Assembly (NCBI GenBank): GCA_965262775.1 | Contig: CBDHFT010000005.1 | Span: 17,760 to 81,759 of the forward strand | From: Alphaproteobacteria bacterium | GTDB lineage: Bacteria; Pseudomonadota; Alphaproteobacteria; JASGCL01 | Length of the DNA stretch: 64,000 bases | Reading direction: 5' to 3' | Shown: positions 59,053 through 64,000 of the stretch, piece by piece | How the letters are laid out: each line of letters begins with the position of its first letter | Position numbering within the stretch: the stretch's first letter is position 1 | Notes under the pieces: generated by a model | The model's database searches: none | Told to the model about the DNA's origin: nothing | The model's input: only the letters and a program-made list of their open reading frames with translations | Made by a program: the position numbers and the translations under genes

Positions 59053-59742
59053 ATGTTAACCCAACAACAACATCGCCTCCTTATGTATCTTCAAAAATGT
59101 ATTATGGAGCGTGGCTATGCCCCATCTTACGAAGAAATGAAAAATGCGCTGGGGTTGAAATCAAAATCGGGTGTGCATCGGTTGGTTTTTTCGCTGGAGG
59201 AGCGCGGTTATGTTAATCGTCTTCCCAATCGCGCCCGCGCGGTGGAGGTGTTGCGCACCCCCGAAGCGAAATTCGGGGTGAAGACGCGCGATATCCTCAA
59301 TAAAAATTTTGTTAGCAAAGAAGGCCAGGCAAGAGGATTAAGCGAAAAAAATAGCGAGGTTACTATTCTGCCGCTATATGGAAAAATTGCAGCGGGCACG
59401 CCGATTACGGCGTTGCAAGATCCCAACGAATTTATCGAGGCCCCCAGTTCCATGTTGGGTTTCGGTGATTTTTATGCATTAAAAATTGAGGGGGATTCGA
59501 TGAAGGACGCTGGCATTTTTGACGGCGATGTGGTTGTTATCAAAAAACAAGACCACGCCGATGATGGGCAAATTGTGGTGGCGTTGGTGGATAAAGAGGA
59601 AGCAACATTAAAAAAAATAAAATACAGCGGCGACAAGGTTTTATTACAACCCGCCAACAAACATTATAAAGTTTATGATTTGGCGCGCCATCGCGTTATT
59701 ATCCAGGGCATATTGCGCGGCCTTATTAGGCAATATAAATAG
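59053..59742 (+). CDS. lexA: LexA repressor (start set at MLTQQQ)
   Basis: N-terminal wHTH (LTQQQHRLLMYLQ...SGVHRLVFSLEERGYV). The catalytic Ser/Lys dyad is in EGDSMKDAGI and VVAL...KK, placing it in the S24 family. Confidence 0.85.
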   Translation: MLTQQQHRLLMYLQKCIMERGYAPSYEEMKNALGLKSKSGVHRLVFSLEERGYVNRLPNRARAVEVLRTPEAKFGVKTRDILNKNFVSKEGQARGLSEKNSEVTILPLYGKIAAGTPITALQDPNEFIEAPSSMLGFGDFYALKIEGDSMKDAGIFDGDVVVIKKQDHADDGQIVVALVDKEEATLKKIKYSGDKVLLQPANKHYKVYDLARHRVIIQGILRGLIRQYK

Positions 59743-59769
59743 CGGCGGCGGCCAACGCCCCTTCCCAGC

Positions 59770-60414
59770 CTATTTTTTATTATTTTTTTTGGAGGAATTT
59801 TTTAACTTTGCTAGGGCTGGATTTTTTTTGGTTGAGGATGCTTCGTCCATAACCCGTTTGATGCGGCGTTGAATGGTATAATATATACCAAGCATCACGA
59901 GGCTGAATAACCCCACCGCCAGCCAACGGCTATGCCCCAAATCGTCCCAATATTGGGTGCCAAATTCACGGATAACGAAAAATAATCCACCCGTCCAAAT
60001 AACTATCACTAACAAACTCATTAACAACACCTGCCTGATGTTGAATTTATAAAAACCAAGCGCGCCATAGATGGCTATACGCATGCCAGGCACATAACGC
60101 GCCGCCAATATCGCCAATATCAAATGATTTTGTAACCATTGCATGACTTTGTACATGCCTTCCCTTGCCATTATTTTTCTAATCCAACTATTGCGGTGCG
60201 CCAAATGACCAAGGAGATAACAAACCGATTCCCCCAAAAAAATGCCACCAAACAAAGAAGTAAGAGCCATAAAAGTAGAAATTTTACCGCCCACAGCCAA
60301 AACCGCCGCGGTAATGATAGTAGCATCCTCTGCAAAAATAACCGCCAACCCCAACAGCAAACCAATAATATGCGGGTTGTCGCGTAAAAAACTTAAAATA
60401 TAGTCAGCCACCAT
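59770..60414 (-). CDS. DedA/SNARE-associated (TVP38) family membrane protein
   Basis: DedA core motif pattern (FAEDATIITAAVLA, GESVCYLLGH, RYVPGMR). Confidence 0.65.
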   Translation of the reverse strand: MVADYILSFLRDNPHIIGLLLGLAVIFAEDATIITAAVLAVGGKISTFMALTSLFGGIFLGESVCYLLGHLAHRNSWIRKIMAREGMYKVMQWLQNHLILAILAARYVPGMRIAIYGALGFYKFNIRQVLLMSLLVIVIWTGGLFFVIREFGTQYWDDLGHSRWLAVGLFSLVMLGIYYTIQRRIKRVMDEASSTKKNPALAKLKNSSKKNNKK

Positions 60415-60420
60415 TATTTT

Positions 60421-60966
60421 TTATAACCGATTGATAAAATTTAATCTACCGCGATGTTTTAGTATTTCTTGCTTATCATGGCAACGAACCAATAACGACA
60501 AAGGCGCGATAGGACCGTCAAAACTGTATTGTTCTGTATTTTCATAATTTTCTATATTGCAAAACCCGTGCCGCTGGTAGTAATCATAACCGCCAACTAA
60601 AAATATAAGGTGATTGAAGCTATGTTCTGCATCAACCGACGCCAAACCTTGCTGAATAAGGAAATTCCCCAAGCCTTGCCGTTGGTAATCACGGTGAATA
60701 GCCACGGGACCCATGAGGCTAGCCTCGGTGTTATCTTCTAATATTAACTTATAGAAACGAATGAGCCCCAATAATTTGTCGTCTTGGTTGCGGTAATGAA
60801 AACTATGCTTGTAATCGGGGGCAATATTACGCCGTAAAAAATTTAAAGTCCGCAGGTGCCGCCCCAAGCCAAATACATTGTCTAAAAAATTCTCGCTATC
60901 AAGGAAATCTTCCTTCCTTTCTAATCTCAGATATTTTTTTTCCCACAACATGACGACACCATTCAT
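60421..60966 (-). CDS. GNAT-family N-acetyltransferase
   Basis: Acetyl-CoA binding motif A, QRQGLGNFLIQ. 181 aa. Confidence 0.6.
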   Translation of the reverse strand: MNGVVMLWEKKYLRLERKEDFLDSENFLDNVFGLGRHLRTLNFLRRNIAPDYKHSFHYRNQDDKLLGLIRFYKLILEDNTEASLMGPVAIHRDYQRQGLGNFLIQQGLASVDAEHSFNHLIFLVGGYDYYQRHGFCNIENYENTEQYSFDGPIAPLSLLVRCHDKQEILKHRGRLNFINRL

Positions 60967-61949
60967 GTTGGTTGTGTGGCCTGCCTAATGCGCAATATAT
61001 CTTGCCACAGCGACCTTTTTTCCACGGGGTTTTGCCAATAGTAATCGGGCGACTGGCTAACCAGCACGGGAATTTCCTGGCTAGATTTGTCGCCAGCAAT
61101 TGATAAGGTTACATTGTTTTTGCCTTGGTATTTGGCGAGGGTGCTGTTGAAAAATCCCATGACGCCGCCGATACCCATTATCCATAATTGTTTGGGGTTG
61201 ATAATTTCTATCTGCTTGAGCAAAAATGGCAAACAAGATAATTGTTCGCCAAGGTTAGGCGAGCGGTTGCCTGGCCTTTTCCAATAAAGACTATTGGTAA
61301 TATATATATTTTTATCCATGCTAAACCCGCCCGCCAGCAAGGCTTTTTTGATAAGGATGCCTGGCGCGCCCGTAAAAACTTGACCTTCTCTATCCTCGGT
61401 GGCGTCGGGCGCATCGCCAATCACCATGATATCGGGGTTCTGGCTAACCCCCGCGCCAAACACCAAATGACGGGCTAGGTTTTTCAGTGGGCAACCCTCG
61501 TAACCCTCAAGCGCCGCAAGCAATTCATCAAGGGTTTTGCATCCGCTGGCCAATAATTTTGCCTGCTCGCTGGCGGCGAAACTGCCGAGTGGCACGGTGG
61601 TGGTGGTAACGGGCGGCGGGTTGTTGCCTTGATGATTGCTGTTCTGATTTGGCTTGCGCGATGAAGATAATGCCGTGGCCGCAGCGGAATGACTATCCTG
61701 CACCATATTTACTTTTTTAACAGCGCGGTTGAGCGATATCGCAGCCTCGCCAAATCGCGATAGGGGCTTGATGGCGTGGTCTTCATCGGCCCCCATTGAT
61801 AATTGCCAATCAAGTGCCGATAATAAATTTCTTAGGGTATTTTTATCCATGTTTTCATCCATGTTTTTATCCATGGCGTCATGCCCTGCCCTGGTCTCCC
61901 TGGCTATACTAGGCGAATGCAAAGAAAACATAGAATGGATGGTAGACAT
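60963..61949 (-). CDS. uracil-DNA glycosylase superfamily protein (family-4-like) with a ~150-aa low-complexity N-terminal extension
   Basis: The family-4 layout is present: a Cys pair (GCKTL...GCPLK), then VFGAGVSQNPDIMVIGDAPDATEDREGQVFTGAPG. The usual GE(A/G)PG motif is replaced by GDAPD. Confidence 0.6.
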   Translation of the reverse strand: MSTIHSMFSLHSPSIARETRAGHDAMDKNMDENMDKNTLRNLLSALDWQLSMGADEDHAIKPLSRFGEAAISLNRAVKKVNMVQDSHSAAATALSSSRKPNQNSNHQGNNPPPVTTTTVPLGSFAASEQAKLLASGCKTLDELLAALEGYEGCPLKNLARHLVFGAGVSQNPDIMVIGDAPDATEDREGQVFTGAPGILIKKALLAGGFSMDKNIYITNSLYWKRPGNRSPNLGEQLSCLPFLLKQIEIINPKQLWIMGIGGVMGFFNSTLAKYQGKNNVTLSIAGDKSSQEIPVLVSQSPDYYWQNPVEKRSLWQDILRIRQATQPT

Positions 61950-62084
61950 GGAATTGAAAAATAAGTTGCAATTTTTTTTTGACTATACTAGTTATATTTT
62001 TGTATCTTCAAGTAATCATTCGGCGATTCTGCCAATTTTGTAAAGCAACTTATTGACAATAACAAGAATACAAAAAACAAAACC

Positions 62085-63734
62085 ATGACACGCGAAGCAA
62101 TGGAATTTGATGTGGTGATAGTTGGGGCGGGCCCTGCGGGCTTGGCGGCGGCTATCAAATTAAAACAATTGGCGGCGGGCAACAACGGCGGGCGCGATAT
62201 ATCGGTATGCGTTATAGAAAAAGGTTCGGAAGTCGGTGCCCATATTTTGTCGGGCGCGGTGATGGAACCACGCGGTTTAAACGAATTGCTGCCTGATTGG
62301 CAAAAAATGGATAGCCCTGTCAAAACCGCGGCGAAGGATGACCATTTTATGTTCTTAACTAAAAACAATGCCTTTCGCTTACCCACCCCGCCACAAATGA
62401 ATAACCACGGCAATTATATTGTATCCTTGGGCCAAGTAGTGCGCTGGCTTGGCCAACAGGCTGAATCGCTAGGGGTAGAAATTTATCCTGGCTTCTCCGC
62501 CACCGAAGTTTTATTCAATAAAAATGGCGCGGTGGCGGGCGTTGCCACCAACGACGTGGGCGTGGATAAACAAGGGAAAAAAACAGCCGACTACCAACCT
62601 GGCATGGAATTGCGGGCGCGCTACACCATTTTTGCCGAGGGTTGCCGCGGCCACCTGACCAAAATGATGATGGAAAAATTCCAATTACGCAAAAATGCGC
62701 AACCGCAAACCTACGGCATTGGCATTAAAGAATTGTGGGAAATTCCAGTTAAGAATTCCAAACCTGGTAACATCATTCACACCACGGGTTGGCCCCTTTC
62801 TTTTGATACCTATGGCGGGTCATTTATTTATCATTTGGAAAAAACCGCCGAAAGGGGCGTGCTGGCAATTGGTTTTGTTATTGGTCTTGATTATCCGAAT
62901 CCTCACCTGTCGCCCTATATGGAATTTCAACGTTTTAAACATCACCCCTTTGTTAAAAAAATATTAACGGGCGGCAAGCGAATCTCTTACGGTGCGCGCG
63001 CCATTAACGAAGGGGGCTTCCAATCTATCCCCAAACTCACCATGCCTGGCGGTTTGTTGGTGGGTTGCACCGCGGGGTTTTTGAACGTGCCAAAAATTAA
63101 GGGTTCTCACACCGCAATAAAAACTGGCATGCTGGCGGCGGAATCAATCGCCGCTGCCCTTTCGACCGATAACCCCGCGGTGGAATTATTTGATTACGAG
63201 GTTGCGGTTAAGAAATCGTGGGTCTGGCAAGAATTAAAATTGGCGCGCAATATTCGCCCTTCCTTTAAATGGGGTTATTTGTTTGGCTTGGTTTACAGCG
63301 CGCTGGATACCTATATTTTTCGTGGCCGCGCACCGTGGACATTGTCGCATCATGGCGCCGACAACCTGTCATTAAAGAAAAAATCCGCCGCCAAAAAAAT
63401 AAATTATCCCAAACCTGATAATATCATTAGTTTCGACCGTCTGACAAATCTTGCATTTTCGGGCACCAATCACGAGGAAAACCAACCTTGCCACCTGACC
63501 TTAAAAAATAACAAAATTCCCATTACCATCAATTTGGCCAATTATGACGCGCCCGAACAACGTTATTGCCCCGCTGGCGTTTATGAAATCATTGGGGAGG
63601 GTAAAAAAGCTGCCTTGCAGATAAATGCTCAAAATTGCGTTCATTGCAAAACCTGCGATATCAAGGACCCAACCCAAAATATCAATTGGGTGGCCCCGAT
63701 GGGCGGTGGCGGTCCAAACTACACCCAAATGTAG
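62085..63734 (+). CDS. electron transfer flavoprotein-ubiquinone oxidoreductase
   Basis: N-terminal FAD motif VVIVGAGPAGLAAA. The C-terminal 4Fe-4S motif is CVHCKTCD followed by C in PMGGGGPNY. 549 aa. Confidence 0.9.
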   Translation: MTREAMEFDVVIVGAGPAGLAAAIKLKQLAAGNNGGRDISVCVIEKGSEVGAHILSGAVMEPRGLNELLPDWQKMDSPVKTAAKDDHFMFLTKNNAFRLPTPPQMNNHGNYIVSLGQVVRWLGQQAESLGVEIYPGFSATEVLFNKNGAVAGVATNDVGVDKQGKKTADYQPGMELRARYTIFAEGCRGHLTKMMMEKFQLRKNAQPQTYGIGIKELWEIPVKNSKPGNIIHTTGWPLSFDTYGGSFIYHLEKTAERGVLAIGFVIGLDYPNPHLSPYMEFQRFKHHPFVKKILTGGKRISYGARAINEGGFQSIPKLTMPGGLLVGCTAGFLNVPKIKGSHTAIKTGMLAAESIAAALSTDNPAVELFDYEVAVKKSWVWQELKLARNIRPSFKWGYLFGLVYSALDTYIFRGRAPWTLSHHGADNLSLKKKSAAKKINYPKPDNIISFDRLTNLAFSGTNHEENQPCHLTLKNNKIPITINLANYDAPEQRYCPAGVYEIIGEGKKAALQINAQNCVHCKTCDIKDPTQNINWVAPMGGGGPNYTQM

Positions 63735-63776
63735 TTTGTAAAAACCCTAGCGTCGTCTAGGCCCTTGACCAGCTTG

Positions 63777-64000
63777 TTACACCTTGGCCTGCAGTAGGTA
63801 ACTGCGAAAATCTTCGTTGCTTTTTTCTAATTCTGAAAAATTGCCGCTGCTTTTTATTTCGCCCTCTTTTATAAAAAGTATCTTATCACAGCTTTTTAAC
63901 GTCGAAAGGCGGTGGGCTATCATCACCACGGTTAATTGCCCTTTTAAGGTTTGCAAATAATCAAAAAACGATTTTTCGGTGGCCATGTCTAGTTTGGCCG
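63777..64000 (-). CDS. ABC transporter ATP-binding/permease protein, C-terminal end only (the 5' part lies outside the window)
   Basis: The ABC D-loop/H-loop region (VVMIAHRLSTLKSCDKILFIKEGEI) sits at the C-terminus. The ORF runs off the window edge. Confidence 0.6.
   Translation of the reverse strand, partial: AKLDMATEKSFFDYLQTLKGQLTVVMIAHRLSTLKSCDKILFIKEGEIKSSGNFSELEKSNEDFRSYLLQAKV

Overview
This 64 kb window reads as a chromosomal segment of a mid-GC alphaproteobacterium. It carries rpoN, lexA, kup, homospermidine synthase, ETF-QO and an mdh-sucCDAB operon, which fits a host-associated Holosporales- or Rickettsiales-like lineage more than a free-living one; the taxon is an inference only. 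Gene density is high on both strands and the content is almost entirely housekeeping:
- Lysine and DAP pathway: lysA (5' truncated by the window), dapD and dapE.
- Translation and RNA: hflX, rpmI-rplT-pheS-pheT, prfA, hisS, rho, era-rnc-lepB, rlmN, tRNA-His(GTG) and tRNA-Asp(GTC).
- DNA repair and recombination: uvrA, nth, lexA, a family-4-like UDG and a XerC/D recombinase.
- Other core functions: folD, plsC, ispG, kup, pmbA/tldD, bamE, lptB-rpoN and ETF-QO.
- Polyamine synthesis: an ODC-type decarboxylase and homospermidine synthase.
- Small accessory set: a GT10-like fucosyltransferase next to a GT2 glycosyltransferase, two DUF805 proteins beside a serine hydrolase, a truncated CDF transporter abutting tRNA-His, an orphan 399-aa membrane protein, and a GIY-YIG-family nuclease.

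Two things stand out.
- All 10 frameshifts I can identify by homology fall inside one ~9.6 kb stretch (35.6-45.2 kb). They break sucA (4 times), sucC (2), sucD (1), sucB (3' end), a DUF4167 gene and a HAD-IIA hydrolase. The flanking mdh gene and about 54 kb of neighbouring genes are intact, so this is either reductive decay of the 2-oxoglutarate dehydrogenase and succinyl-CoA synthetase segment or a locally poor-quality stretch of assembly.
- An AT-rich single-gene islet (GIY-YIG nuclease with a DUF4357-like tail) sits where hpf and ptsN normally follow rpoN. It is bracketed by near-identical 16-17 bp CTAGGCC-type palindromes.

I found no CRISPR array, transposase or prophage. No annotation or database was consulted; every call rests on reading the translations and the DNA directly.
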